53,675 nucleotides of DNA from a virus. Lineage: Duplodnaviria; Caudoviricetes. Positions 35,501 through 45,400 of this stretch are shown here, one piece after another (the first letter of the stretch is position 1; every line of letters starts with the position of its first letter). The translations under genes were made by a program, and so were the position numbers. The stretch covers positions 1-53,675 of IMG/VR virus record IMGVR_UViG_3300009180_000052. One strand, 5' to 3'. Under the pieces are notes generated by a model, which worked only from the letters and a program-made list of their open reading frames with translations, searched no databases and was not told the DNA's origin.

Positions 35501-37955
35501 CTTGAGAATACTTCTCTGCAAAGTCAAATAATAAATCGCTTAACTTTTTAGTATCAGCCTGAGGACTAACTGACAAAGTCATATTGAACGATGGTTCAAA
35601 CTTCTTATCCCATAAACCACGCTTAGTATCTTTAAACTGAACAGCCACACCATCCACTTGTGCAACTGAGTCGATAATCTCCTGCTTGGTATCATTTAAT
35701 ATTTGAGTCTCCGCAGTTTTTATTTTAGCAAGAACTTTAGGGTCTTTCTTTTTAGCGTATTGCTTAACAAGTTTATCATAGTTCAATGACAACTTCTTAA
35801 TCCTTTCAGTAATTGGACTAAATCCACGCACTGTAGCCGGAGTAATAAGGGCAGAGACGTCTCTAACAAACTTAGGTGCTTGTGTCTTTGAAGACACTTG
35901 CTGTGATTGTTTCCATTTCTTAAACCCTTCTATATCTGCTTTATTACCTAAGATATGAATTTGTTCGCTATTTGGTACTGAATATATCTTTTCCCCACCC
36001 ATTACCTCACTTGTTGTTCCATCTACTCCTTCATTCAAAACAAATCCTTCTCCTAAATTATTTACATTAAGAATAACCGGATATAAATTTTCTCCATATT
36101 GAACGTTATCTTTTGTTTTAGAAAAATCAAAAAGATTACCTGTTTCTTTATTTCTTTTGGTATCATCAAACTCTTCAAACTTTTCATTGCTTCTATGATA
36201 TACTATGTCTTTTACTTTGCTATTTGGAAATATAGATTTAAGATAATTTGCATATTCTTGTTCAGTTCCTATATCTGATAAATTATTATTAGTATTGTGA
36301 ACCTCTTTAATTGGTGGCGTTACTTCTTGCGTCCCACTTTCAGGAGCGACTTCTTGGGTCCCTGTGGCAGCGACTTCAAGTCCTTGGTCTCCTTCGACCA
36401 CTTGCTGCAATCCCACTTCGGGTTGTTCTGTGCGTAGCACGCTTTCATCTGTTGTTTGTTCTTGAATGGCATCTTGTTCTGTTTTAATTGGTTTACCAAT
36501 AACTTTATATGTAGTAGGTTTATATGGGTCTTCAGGCTCTACCTCTTCAACTGAAAACTCAATCTTTTTATATGTACTTGAAAGGTTTTTAATTATACCT
36601 TCTGCTTGTTCTTTAGTTATATCATCCTGTGCAAGTTCAAGATTCCCGTCAGTAGATTCCATAAAATTATACTCTGCACTACCATAAGCTAAAGTCCTTG
36701 GCTTAGATTGCTCAAGAATATTAATAGTTTCTACAAACTTTTTATTGTTAGAATCTACTTGCTCTACTTTCCCTTTTACATCTTGTATTGACTTATCTAA
36801 CTGCTCTTTTTCCTCTGTTGTTGTAGCCCTTGCTCTTCTTCCTAATAAAGCCGTAAGCACACCATTCATTATTGCACCAACAGTTCCGCCAACTGCAGAA
36901 GCGTTACCAACACCGTCAAGTATTTCTTTTGTCGTACCATAAATTTGATTGGCACTTACATTCTCATATATATTCTGAATACCTTCAGTGATGGCTTCTT
37001 CGGAACCGCCAATAACCGCTCTTTTTAAAATTTCAACTCCTTTATTCCCTACCAACGCCCTGTCTAATCTCTTAAACAACCCGTCTACAGGAAGCATTTC
37101 TATTGGGTAGGAAACCAACGCATTTTGAATAGCATAAGTTAATGCTTCATTTTCTGTAGCCCCTTCATTTTTAGCTTGCTCATAAGATGGTGCAGCTACT
37201 TGAGAAATTGTTAACGCACCTTGAGGCGTAGCCATTCTTGATGCCAACCCCTTACCATAGTTTATAACTGACTCAAGTTTTGTTCCTTTCTTTGCTGCAG
37301 CCATAGCTACTGTTTTGGCTCCTCCTGCTGTAAATCCTGATAGAATAATTGGAACCATTTCACCAATAGCCTTTGCAGTTTGTCCCCAAAAACCACTTGA
37401 AATATCTTTATCCGTTGGGATTACTTCATCTAATAATTTTTTGTATTCTTGAGCACCCTTGTATATGGTAAACTTTGAAGCATCGGACTCTTCTACTGCT
37501 CCCGTCTTGGCTATTAAATTTTTTATTCCTGCAGTTGCTATTGATGCTGTTTCTAAAACATCTGCAGGGAATTTAACCGCACCCTTTCCTGCCGTCTTAA
37601 GTAAATCTCCTACAATATACCCAACGCCCTTACCTTCAAACTCGTCTGCGGGCTTATATTCTTTTGTTCTTTGCAAACCCGTCATCCCCATTGGACCAAC
37701 AATAACTGTTTCAGTAGGTTTTTGTGAAGCCAAAGAACCATTTGCCAAAGGAGATTCCGTACCGACTTTTTTTTTACCAACTAAAGATGAAAAGTCATCA
37801 GGCGTTTTTTGGTAACCTTTTTCTTTTACGTATGAATACATATCGTTAAAGACTTCATTATCGCTATGAAGTAACTGAACAAACTCTCCTTTACTTTTTG
37901 CATAACCTTTTGAGACTGCTCTACTATATAAGTCATCAATTACTTGTTCGTCCAT
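29547..37955 (-). CDS. Giant internal-virion/ejection (polyvalent) protein, 2802 aa
   Basis: Position at the end of a podovirus-like structural operon; helical and A/G-rich segments; embedded enzyme-like modules (see findings). Confidence 0.75.
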   Translation of the reverse strand: MDEQVIDDLYSRAVSKGYAKSKGEFVQLLHSDNEVFNDMYSYVKEKGYQKTPDDFSSLVGKKKVGTESPLANGSLASQKPTETVIVGPMGMTGLQRTKEYKPADEFEGKGVGYIVGDLLKTAGKGAVKFPADVLETASIATAGIKNLIAKTGAVEESDASKFTIYKGAQEYKKLLDEVIPTDKDISSGFWGQTAKAIGEMVPIILSGFTAGGAKTVAMAAAKKGTKLESVINYGKGLASRMATPQGALTISQVAAPSYEQAKNEGATENEALTYAIQNALVSYPIEMLPVDGLFKRLDRALVGNKGVEILKRAVIGGSEEAITEGIQNIYENVSANQIYGTTKEILDGVGNASAVGGTVGAIMNGVLTALLGRRARATTTEEKEQLDKSIQDVKGKVEQVDSNNKKFVETINILEQSKPRTLAYGSAEYNFMESTDGNLELAQDDITKEQAEGIIKNLSSTYKKIEFSVEEVEPEDPYKPTTYKVIGKPIKTEQDAIQEQTTDESVLRTEQPEVGLQQVVEGDQGLEVAATGTQEVAPESGTQEVTPPIKEVHNTNNNLSDIGTEQEYANYLKSIFPNSKVKDIVYHRSNEKFEEFDDTKRNKETGNLFDFSKTKDNVQYGENLYPVILNVNNLGEGFVLNEGVDGTTSEVMGGEKIYSVPNSEQIHILGNKADIEGFKKWKQSQQVSSKTQAPKFVRDVSALITPATVRGFSPITERIKKLSLNYDKLVKQYAKKKDPKVLAKIKTAETQILNDTKQEIIDSVAQVDGVAVQFKDTKRGLWDKKFEPSFNMTLSVSPQADTKKLSDLLFDFAEKYSQDAFILETESELHDEWVDGKINTPLSEKDSNGLTNYPQIIYTFAEPITDEQLSDLSVELENNGISAFNINNNELQVSVIFTQDQDINLTKDEQYEERKRDYKSRLESTENAVFSVFGSNGNGSLDIRIKKSSYQGATNEGTDDQTRQYDRSDVLKAFQESTTKVETLAVELADLRQKEIDLQKEGKKLSPEDQTRFNDLIKKVQPVVQRTFEANKKLYEDAKAEVEGIAQDAISKVDASISPFPIKRAERASVKAIRWYNAFTEKLGDGSRVNIVVDTDANADKVFKIIDKKYPGDTGVRRITETTDLGYPKRLIEIRTSNGTIAEIQVITNEAYLAKDGIKGFTGNEKQKATAKQKLDAVRARLGWNIPDGLGHYFYEIQRDTNVDDTLRDEAARLSDLYYDGFTNPKSTLAESFMNDVEAFKNNVDAADKSQWDVGNNGKAPQSLIDYKPVQAEAVLMIEEEQFVPMKVSDVKNDAFTKDNAIDYIEDEKDTDSGRTVTYISSLTVEARNIDGEPIGTITKLTDEDKIFSFTATDIDGNEINFDGFETLGEAKQALADKNNKIQKKEFDKEQKKQAKEKAKVEAKKAKAKAKAQPTVEEQVTGALDDLLALDPNDKTTLKKISNSLDQVIKDIDKFEKENLGVNIALPIMKTIIKAIKVLVDAGVVLQDAIKRVAKDNNVNSRDVIDGINAISQISPIQSQYDALMVKADELIARQKSRNIADAKIVSNLDTFIRNSDIYKESNDAQKKIMERESRLKMGVSAKRAVSIGRVLGALKDITNISREEKMLVIKQIRDLSRDAAKELAKDIREMASKGKITSIQAANIVSRFGKVNMLNEISVSNFVDYMAKVFANAEYADKIDVAKSKLKMAKKNIVTKIGIADGLVGKLNQLFSMNPTLIPNEYLGRYLELVDMFGARQAVLTLDEKSAVTKDVQAILDEIDNEQSKADELADRFNASENKVFKDDELDYAASIKKMLDGKEIDEKEAETMRKYKEDIAPQVEETELTEDELATERKELTDAVKKSTIDGSGLSTKDERDTVKELSRLIGTDAVDGLTNTELKNLLKVIDNINNNYLPHYGEIMLEKLDGINNDKVLTNAVEKGKMYKFSQLYSKVKAAVAMQGRTGVLEMIRRNPLFYIDQLFGNFKTKEIFNSLFNEPAKAVAIFKNQLNRVQNILEKAEQKVSKSFKLDPNKTTMSKFKMMTYMVQLEFESNKGNKEVNPASEYLKATIKHIDAGKSRFGERDAEMLQKILNEFAPDGNIDNEKLYNSFNQAEKDAIKDIRGINESLREKAEFTAAIIRGDRIDPLNNYVHLNVLHEYQPNDLTSGSAFVTEYNNAMRPSTKAKSLIARTGKVSPLNFDVFASAQRGAKFVLMDYNLTRPIRTARKTINGTIANLESKGRVPKEKRQIINAINAAFEETIEGLLTNTFTQDSFFDIASDYISRQGYRAVLAGTSRFISELSSNIGFAVISDPKALATGVKYRGVIMSSDAPMIMENLKSKQTNRIFPTDTLSGRLVDTSILGQASGIRGAVSKNPVKNKIQQIYNLSGKKYVNAVELQADALISTPDKVTMRPMWFGAFANQFLNITGKEVDFDKIAANDEAYMEENKEALDKATELADERSVMVGATDNPFMGILKGTVKPDQSSSLKAFNNFNNFMTKFLIFEYVTARTAINAAVGNGSLTKEQGGAVLGAVATRMVLYGLVLQMMGTGLMGLFFDDDEPETEKSFMQKLGQAFASAFSSLLIGRDFGNAIKNVLNYGIEEANEKYLDFLREGEYDPYKDGIAYTLIPRDDSRQTDLGKLLMNMGGSYTPALNTAALIFKKATEKEKVQEEAIARSERELKVRVPLEVLGNAGLIPLYKDIRKAVMKDMYKDLEKAEKTKGDKKKVESEKLQGFKNQEDMKRYDYDLWYRTFGPDAVDFDAKQAEKAIKKTKDSLERAMKDEMYDYTPKSKKGFGSSGFGGTQSKSKGGFGTSKFGKN
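35882..35897. repeat. Palindrome copy 8 (inside the 2802-aa CDS)
   Basis: GTGTCTTTGAAGACAC on the + strand. Confidence 0.9.
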
Positions 37956-37966
37956 TTTTTCAATTT

Positions 37967-39754
37967 TTATTTGTTACCGTAATCAACCCCACCACCACCT
38001 GAACCACCTGCCGGTGCTCCATTAACTTTTATAAATTGTTCAAGGTCTGCTTTTGCTATTGCAGCTTCATCTTTCTTTAAGTTTGCATTATAAGTAAATT
38101 TCTGACCATTTGGTGCAGTAACTTCAACATCATTTCCAAAAGGACCTCCCATATCGGTTACTTTAAAAGAAGGACCCAATAAACTTTGTAATGATTTAGT
38201 TGACGGTCCTGACCTTACGGTAAACAATTCAGGCAGTATATTTACTACAGGAGCAATTCCTCCGCCTCCTGTTCTTGTAGCTTTAACGTCTTTTAATTGC
38301 TCTTTTGTTAATGCACCATATCCACTTCCGCCACCACCTGCTTTTACAGCTTCATTTCTATCTGTTACTCCGTGAAGTTCTGTTCCTATAGCAGCAAAAT
38401 CATATATGCTAATAGGTTTACCACTTGCGTCAATCATTGGAATATCTCTATTCTTTTTAGAGTCAGCATACGTAAGTTTAACACGACCCGGAGTGCTTAC
38501 ATCAATACCAAGTAACCCTAAACTCTGAGCATTTGGAGTACCTAATAATATATCTGCTGCTGCTTGCTTTTCAGCCGCTGTTTTGCCTGTATATAATTGA
38601 TTCCAAGCACCTACTGCAGCTTTCCCTGCTTTTCTAGCATCTGCTCTCTCATATTCATATTGAGATGGCTGTCTTGGTTGTGGAGCAAATCCTCCTAAGT
38701 CAACCTCTACTTTGCTATCCATTTTAGCTAACAATTGAGTCTTAACCCAATCCTTAGCTTCTTGTTCTTGTGCTTTATAATGAGCACCTGATTCATCTAA
38801 TATACCAAGACCTGTGCTTGGATTTATTTTTAAAAGCAATTTGCTTGGGTCTTTTTTAGCTAACTCTTTATCATACGTAAATGATGTACCATCATAATTA
38901 CCTACCTGCATTGTAAGTACAGATGATAAATGATATGGGTCTGCAAAATAAGACTTTACAGTTTCATCTACTGCTTTATTAAATTTATCTACATCATCTT
39001 TAAATTGAGGATATTTTGCAGAATCTATTGCTCCTCCTGTTAGTTTTGTAATGCTTCCTGCTTTTGTTTGAGTTGCAATTTCTTGTAATACTTTTATTCT
39101 ATTTCCTAAAGTTTTAACAGTGCTATTCATTGCCTCTTCAACTTTAAAAGCGGGTATATTTGTTAATATTTTTCCCCTAATAACATTAACAGGAACTACA
39201 TCATTGGTTAATCTCATTACACCCTGATTGTTTGGGTCAGGTTCTAATATACCAACATTTACAACTCCTGTTGCAGGGTCAATTACGGCTTTTGATTTTG
39301 AAAAATCACCAAATCCCTCAACTGATGCCATATTAGCACCTGTTAATGGTTGAAATTCTCCGGTTTGAACACCTTCCATTTTTTGTCTATAATTCTCTTG
39401 ATATAGTTTTTGTAAATCAAATAACGTATTTGTTCCGTCTATATAGTTTTGTCTTCTTAATGTATAATCCTGCAACTTCATTTTACCCGACTTTAATAAC
39501 TTGGTATCAATCATTTGCTGCTCCATCATAGAATGAGCATAGTCATTGGTAAACTTATTAGCATCTTGAAATTGACCTTGAGGAGCATTCTGTAAAGTTT
39601 GCTGAAACTCACGTGTTGATTTATCAATTGCAGCTTTCTTTTCTTCACGAATCTTTACTTCGTCAGCAAGCATATCAGAGATACCCTTCCCTATTTCAGC
39701 CCAATTGACCTGACTGTCCGCACTTCGTTCTGCATATTTATAATATGTTGCCAT
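37967..39754 (-). CDS. Probable internal virion protein
   Basis: 595 aa; position between the 279-aa and 2802-aa proteins. Confidence 0.6.
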   Translation of the reverse strand: MATYYKYAERSADSQVNWAEIGKGISDMLADEVKIREEKKAAIDKSTREFQQTLQNAPQGQFQDANKFTNDYAHSMMEQQMIDTKLLKSGKMKLQDYTLRRQNYIDGTNTLFDLQKLYQENYRQKMEGVQTGEFQPLTGANMASVEGFGDFSKSKAVIDPATGVVNVGILEPDPNNQGVMRLTNDVVPVNVIRGKILTNIPAFKVEEAMNSTVKTLGNRIKVLQEIATQTKAGSITKLTGGAIDSAKYPQFKDDVDKFNKAVDETVKSYFADPYHLSSVLTMQVGNYDGTSFTYDKELAKKDPSKLLLKINPSTGLGILDESGAHYKAQEQEAKDWVKTQLLAKMDSKVEVDLGGFAPQPRQPSQYEYERADARKAGKAAVGAWNQLYTGKTAAEKQAAADILLGTPNAQSLGLLGIDVSTPGRVKLTYADSKKNRDIPMIDASGKPISIYDFAAIGTELHGVTDRNEAVKAGGGGSGYGALTKEQLKDVKATRTGGGGIAPVVNILPELFTVRSGPSTKSLQSLLGPSFKVTDMGGPFGNDVEVTAPNGQKFTYNANLKKDEAAIAKADLEQFIKVNGAPAGGSGGGGVDYGNK

Positions 39755-39756
39755 AG

Positions 39757-40596
39757 TTAATTTCTTTTACCGTATATATCAAAAGGATTGTTATACGTAG
39801 ATGGATTATAAAATCTAAAATCTTGTTGTTTTTGTAAATAAAGAGGCATTGGGGCTTGATAACCTTGAAAAGGTGCTTTAGCAGATGCTCCTATTGGACT
39901 AATATTAGCAGGCTGAAGATTTGGATTAATAGTCTGAGGAGCAGCAGGCATAGTTAAATTTGCTTTAGGCATATATTCGGGCTGTCCTAGTGATGTAGCA
40001 CTTACGCCACTTACATCGGCTGCACCTGCACCATACAATGGAAGAGCAGCGGCTGCTTGTTTTGCAAAACTTGTTATCCCTTGCACGCCTTGTTCTATTG
40101 ATTGTGCTCTTAATCTTTCTGCATTTGCTGCAGCTAATTGAGCACCTTCTACTTCGCCTAAATCTAATTGAACACCAACATCACGTAAACGACTTTCTTC
40201 CGCTAATTGTTTGTTTTCTAATGCCATCATCTCTTGACCCATAGCTGTTCTAACTCCTGCTTGTCCTTGTTGTTGTGCTAATTGAACACGACCCGCTGTT
40301 GCAGCAGCACCTCTTTCACTCTCTACGCCTGCTTGAATAGCTTGAGCACCCTGAGCCAACAATGCTTCTCTTTCTAATTCGTATGGTTCTTTTTTTATGC
40401 CTTGTGCAGCATAAAAGTTTGTTTCTAATTTTTTACGTGCATTAGCCATAGCCTCATCAGCATCTTTTTCAGCTTGACGCTGTGCTTTTTTTTGCTTGCC
40501 TGCCTGAACAAATGACATTGTAGTTGTAGCTGCCGTTGCTGCCAAACTTGTAGCTGCTGCTATTGTTGCTGCTGTTGCTGCTGTTATTGCTGCCAT
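39757..40596 (-). CDS. Probable internal virion/ejection protein
   Basis: Ala-rich hydrophobic N-terminus, A/Q-rich coiled coil. Confidence 0.6.
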   Translation of the reverse strand: MAAITAATAATIAAATSLAATAATTTMSFVQAGKQKKAQRQAEKDADEAMANARKKLETNFYAAQGIKKEPYELEREALLAQGAQAIQAGVESERGAAATAGRVQLAQQQGQAGVRTAMGQEMMALENKQLAEESRLRDVGVQLDLGEVEGAQLAAANAERLRAQSIEQGVQGITSFAKQAAAALPLYGAGAADVSGVSATSLGQPEYMPKANLTMPAAPQTINPNLQPANISPIGASAKAPFQGYQAPMPLYLQKQQDFRFYNPSTYNNPFDIYGKRN

Positions 40597-40597
40597 A

Positions 40598-41008
40598 TTA
40601 TAATTTTTTTATCATTTCTGTTGTGTAATTATCTCCTTTTTCATAGCCTAATTCCTGATACGTATTTATAAGACTTTCGTTTTTTATTAATGCATAAATA
40701 TATTTATTGCCTGCCGTCTTGCATATATCTGTTAATGCTGATACCAATAACTTAATGGCGTCTTTTCTTTGTGGCTTCTTAGTATATTCCTTGTTCGATA
40801 TTATCCAATCTACCCAAGCTACCTTTGAATTAGTGATATACATAAACCCTGCACAAACCGGAACCTCATCATCTAAAACCATTATCCCTCCCTTACCATC
40901 ACGAGGAAGAAAATCTCTTGGAGGAGCACTCCATCCCCAATCTTTCCACCATCCTACAAGTATCTCATCGTAGTCTGTTTCGTTCAGTTCTCGTATATAT
41001 AATTCCAT
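40598..41008 (-). CDS. GNAT-fold acetyltransferase-like protein
   Basis: IREL..D, AWVDWIISN, LL..L.......G.K, YQELGY pattern; TATCTTTG element at 41016-41023. Confidence 0.6.
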   Translation of the reverse strand: MELYIRELNETDYDEILVGWWKDWGWSAPPRDFLPRDGKGGIMVLDDEVPVCAGFMYITNSKVAWVDWIISNKEYTKKPQRKDAIKLLVSALTDICKTAGNKYIYALIKNESLINTYQELGYEKGDNYTTEMIKKL

Positions 41009-41029
41009 ATTCTTACAAAGATATTAAAT

Positions 41030-41803
41030 TTAAGGAAAACTTTTCATAACATCTGACTGCACCGCAAACAACTCAACTTTACTTGTAGAAGTGTTTGATA
41101 GTGTAAATGTACAATAATGTCCTAACACCCCGTGAGACTCAGCTACTGAGTTTTTAATGTACAAGAAAAACGCATCTTGTATTGGTATAGGTGTTGTTCC
41201 TGAAATTGTGCTATCTATAGTAAGTTGATTGATTGCATTTGGCGTGTCAATAGTTATTGCTGTTACCTTACCCGCAAGTATTGGTGTCACATAAGGAGAT
41301 ACTGAATAGTACAAATAGTCCCCAATACTAATAATGCTTCCTATTTCTACAGCAAACTTAACTATAACAGCCACGCCTGAACCCGTTACTTGGTAGCTTT
41401 TACCAATACCATTAACACTTCTAAGTGCAAGTTCGCCAACTGAGTCGTTTCTTATAAACGCAAAAAAAGCAGCTTCCTTTTTTGAAAACCAATTCACGTC
41501 TATAAATCCTGAGTACTGTAAGTCTGTCTCTAATGTCGCAGCCCAAGCAGCATCCCCTTGTATGTTAATGGTCTTAAATAGCTTGTTTTCAAGGGGTGCT
41601 GTGTTAAATACACTTTGTATAGACGAAGCCGTAAAAGTGCCGTAGAATGTGTTCCTATTAGCATTTACGTTATGTCTGTAAAGATTACCACCTTTGAACG
41701 TGTAAAAATAGTTGTTCATCCCTATCATAAAGTCAGGATTGTAAGAGTAGAAGGATACCCATCCCCCTACTAAATCGCTATATGATAATGTATAATTTGA
41801 CAT
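41030..41803 (-). CDS. Tail stabilisation/nozzle protein, C-terminal-like module as a separate ORF
   Basis: TLSYS...GWVSFYSY.P..MIGMNN.FYTFKGG.LY.HN, K.FKTI..G, F.KKE motifs. Confidence 0.6.
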   Translation of the reverse strand: MSNYTLSYSDLVGGWVSFYSYNPDFMIGMNNYFYTFKGGNLYRHNVNANRNTFYGTFTASSIQSVFNTAPLENKLFKTINIQGDAAWAATLETDLQYSGFIDVNWFSKKEAAFFAFIRNDSVGELALRSVNGIGKSYQVTGSGVAVIVKFAVEIGSIISIGDYLYYSVSPYVTPILAGKVTAITIDTPNAINQLTIDSTISGTTPIPIQDAFFLYIKNSVAESHGVLGHYCTFTLSNTSTSKVELFAVQSDVMKSFP

Positions 41804-41812
41804 AGTTATTTA

Positions 41813-42439
41813 TTAGCAAGTTACATAATTTGTAAGTTCTCCTGTAGCGTCAACTTCTCCTGCATAGTTTGTAGTACCATTTGTAAATTTACGCCATCCC
41901 ACACCACCAACATAAGGAGTTGTTAAAGCCAAATCGGTATAAAAAATCATTGTAACAATTGGAACCGTATATCCCGGTAGTGCATAAATAGTAACTGATG
42001 GGCTTCCTGTAGTGCAGGCAAGAATCGATGAACCTGTTGCAAATGAATCAATAGTATATACCTCAGGATTACAAGCACTCTCACACCCTTCTAATGTAGC
42101 ATATGTTCCGCTACCATCTCCCGGGTCAACGCAAACTCCGTCTATACAGTTGTATGACTCACCTGAACCACATACCGCTTGGCAAGCCACTAATGTTGCA
42201 TATGTTCCGCTACCATCTCCCGGGTCTGTACAAGTTCCTTCAACACAGTTATACGAAACGCCATCACACGCAGGGCAAGTTTGTTGTGGTAATAAAACAC
42301 ACCCAACCTGCTCTCTTGTAATTACTCCATCTGAATAGAATCCATCCGCAGCACAAGTTGCTAGTGTGCTATTTGTAAACACGGCAGTTGCCGAACCAAG
42401 TGATGGTGCATTTAAATAATATACTGAACTTGTTGCCAT
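41813..42439 (-). CDS. Cys-rich virion accessory protein with two YNC..G.C.DPGDGSG.Y...C...C repeats
   Basis: Direct repeat visible at both nucleotide and protein level. Confidence 0.7.
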   Translation of the reverse strand: MATSSVYYLNAPSLGSATAVFTNSTLATCAADGFYSDGVITREQVGCVLLPQQTCPACDGVSYNCVEGTCTDPGDGSGTYATLVACQAVCGSGESYNCIDGVCVDPGDGSGTYATLEGCESACNPEVYTIDSFATGSSILACTTGSPSVTIYALPGYTVPIVTMIFYTDLALTTPYVGGVGWRKFTNGTTNYAGEVDATGELTNYVTC

Positions 42440-42458
42440 TTTTTATATTTTATTTTAA

Positions 42459-45400
42459 TTATACAGGACAAGTAGGTGGTGTTACATTCTGTGCAGTTAG
42501 ATTTACTAATCCGTGAACAGGGGTTGGGCTAACTAAATAGTCCTCATAACCCTCTACGTTAGTAATCTCTCCACTTGTAAATATTGTTCCGCCACCTATT
42601 ATATCACATAAGTTAAATTGTATAATGTTTCCTGAACCTGACACCCACTCACCACGGATGGTGTAAGGTAACTCGCTTATCAATGGATATATTGTTCCAC
42701 TTTGAGCACTTCCTGCTGTAGATGTTACGCTTAATATTTGAGACATCACGTTATTATATATCGTTAATGCTCCACCTGATTGCTGACCAACGTTCCAATC
42801 TAATGTAACCGTTGTTGGTGCAGCACAATTGGCTTCACAAGACTCTAAGTTATCATACGTTCCTGTTCCATCTCCCGGGTCTATACAATTACCATCAATG
42901 CAATTATATGAAATAGGGGATAATTCACAACCACAACAAGCATCTTCTGTATTTAAATTTGAATAACATAGTTCTACAGCTACTGAAGACCTAAAATCCC
43001 ATACTAAATACAAATAAGTTTGAAGAGCAGGCACCGTAAAGTTTGCATAATTATTACTGCCACCACCTTGATTAGGCGTAGCAATTGTTGTTAATGCTAA
43101 CAATGAATTTATGTTTGCCGTAGTATTGTTATATAAAGTATTGCTAACAAGATATCTAAATTTATCGGTAGCAGGGTTAAACACAAAAGTATCAGTAGCA
43201 AGTTTATTTGAAATCAAACTCATTGTGCTTCCTGCAGGAGGGAAACCACCCGTACCTACATAATTTGTTGTTATATTATATAACGATACAAGCGGATTCG
43301 TTGTTCCACTAGCAAATGTCACAAATGTTGATTGTAATGGAGATGTAAATGAACCACTTACATACCTATACTGACTATTAATGGTTTGACCTGAATCATA
43401 ATCATTAGTAAGTACAATTTGAACAATACTTAATGATGCAGCTTGAACACACTCTACCTCTACGCTTAATGTAATATCGCCTATATAAGTTATTACAAGA
43501 GTTACAGTTTCTACTGATACATTATTCTTATTAAAAGTCAACGTACCACTTGTAGTAACTACTCCTGTAGAATAAGCTATTGCATTGTAAGTCGCCACTA
43601 TTTGGAAATTACCACTTGCACTTATTGAAGAAACAGTATAGTTAATGTCTGTGTTTCCTACAGTTGGACCTAAGTCAACGCAATAAGTTGTTGTTGCACT
43701 TGTAGCAGATGACAATGTAAATGTCTGAGTAATACCACAATTTATACACTGAGGATTTGATGGTATAGCGATAGTGTTACTTGTTAAAACATACTCATTC
43801 ATATAAGGGTCAAAACCACCAAGTTTTTGAGTATTAAAAGATTCATTAAATGTATCTCTAAACCAAGTCCTCATATTCATTTCAGACACAACTTTTAGTT
43901 CCTCACTAGAATATGAAGTTCCACGTAGTTGGATAACAGCCCCACGCTTTACGTCAGTAAAATATCTATCGTATCCCCATTGAATATAACTCTCAGGATT
44001 AAAACTAATACCATACTTTTCGCTACGAGCAATCTGTGTGCCTAATACCTCAGGAACTGAAGCCACAACACCACCGCCCGTAGAGTCTGACAATAAATTT
44101 TTATCAGCTAATACGTATGAAATCTTATCTTCTTGTAATACAAGGACGTCCGTTTGTCTTCCGTCTAATATAAATATCTCTCCAAAAGATGGCTCACAAA
44201 CTTTATAGTTAAGCAACCCTAAATTAAATTCATTTAATTTATTTACGTTTGACTCAGCACTATATATGCCACTATATGTAATATCAGCAAATCTATCTGC
44301 TGCCTTATAGTCTTGAGCGGAAACGCTTGTCACTCTGTTTCCAAAGTTAAAAGAGTTCCCAATGATTGAGTCACGAATCTTATAACTCTCTGCCCCGTTT
44401 CCAAATGCAAAACAATTAAAAAACTTAGTATCAATTATAGCAGATGTACCTGCTCCTATATTTTGGTTTTGGATGTTACCCATATGGTTACCACCCGTAA
44501 TAGCAAAAGACATTTCATTTTCAAAAAATACATCAGGAAGAGCGTCAGTTGGTTCTGTTTCAAATATTAAATTCTTTTCAGAACGGAATACGGTAATATT
44601 AACCTCAACATTAGAAGCACGTGAACCGGGGAAGTTAATTCCCGGACAACTTCTAGTGCCTGTTATCATTAAATACAATTCATTCGTTGTCGGATTCCTG
44701 TAAAATTGATAATAGTTAATTCCACCATCAGTAGGAACTACGGGATTTCCCGTGCCCGCAACAAATGTATTTTCAGGTATAGCATCTCCACAAGAAGCAT
44801 ATCTAAGACCATCATCTAAAAATTGCTCTATATTATCTCCAACAAACCAATCATACATATTATCATATGTAGTTGAAGAAACAAGTGTTTTTTCTAAAGT
44901 ATTTGTTCTCTCTTCACACTGACATCCGCTACCATTTCTAAATTGTTTTATATCTAATACAATTCTGCTTCCTGCAGGAACTGTGTAATCAGAAAACTCC
45001 CAAGTTGGATGAGCAGGGTCGAATCCTGCTGTTTGAGCAGTATTCATTGGATAATCTAAAATAGGGAAAGTACCCGGTCCAATTGGTCCCGGACTTGCCG
45101 CTCTTGCTGTTTTTTTACCCGGAGCAATAATAGCATTCTCATCTTGAACTGTATTAAAGCTATTTGGGTTTATTTTCATATAAACTCCCGCAGGAATTGG
45201 TATAAATACTGAAGGGTCTAATTCAGTTGGTATTTCAATAAAGTCTGACGCTTGAGAGGACTTCTCAAGAACAGTTGCATATACGCAAGATGATGTTGCT
45301 CCACTTGAATCAGCTTTCACAATTAATCTATCTCCTGCTTCTACCTTTCTTGCATTCTCTCCTTCTAATAAAAAGTATGCATTGTTGGTTAAAGGGTCTT

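Noticed and set aside
29547-37955. Virion RNA polymerase (as in crAss-like phages) within the giant protein
   Set aside because: No DxDxD catalytic motif in a recognisable RNA polymerase context; host-type promoter elements precede both early and late genes.
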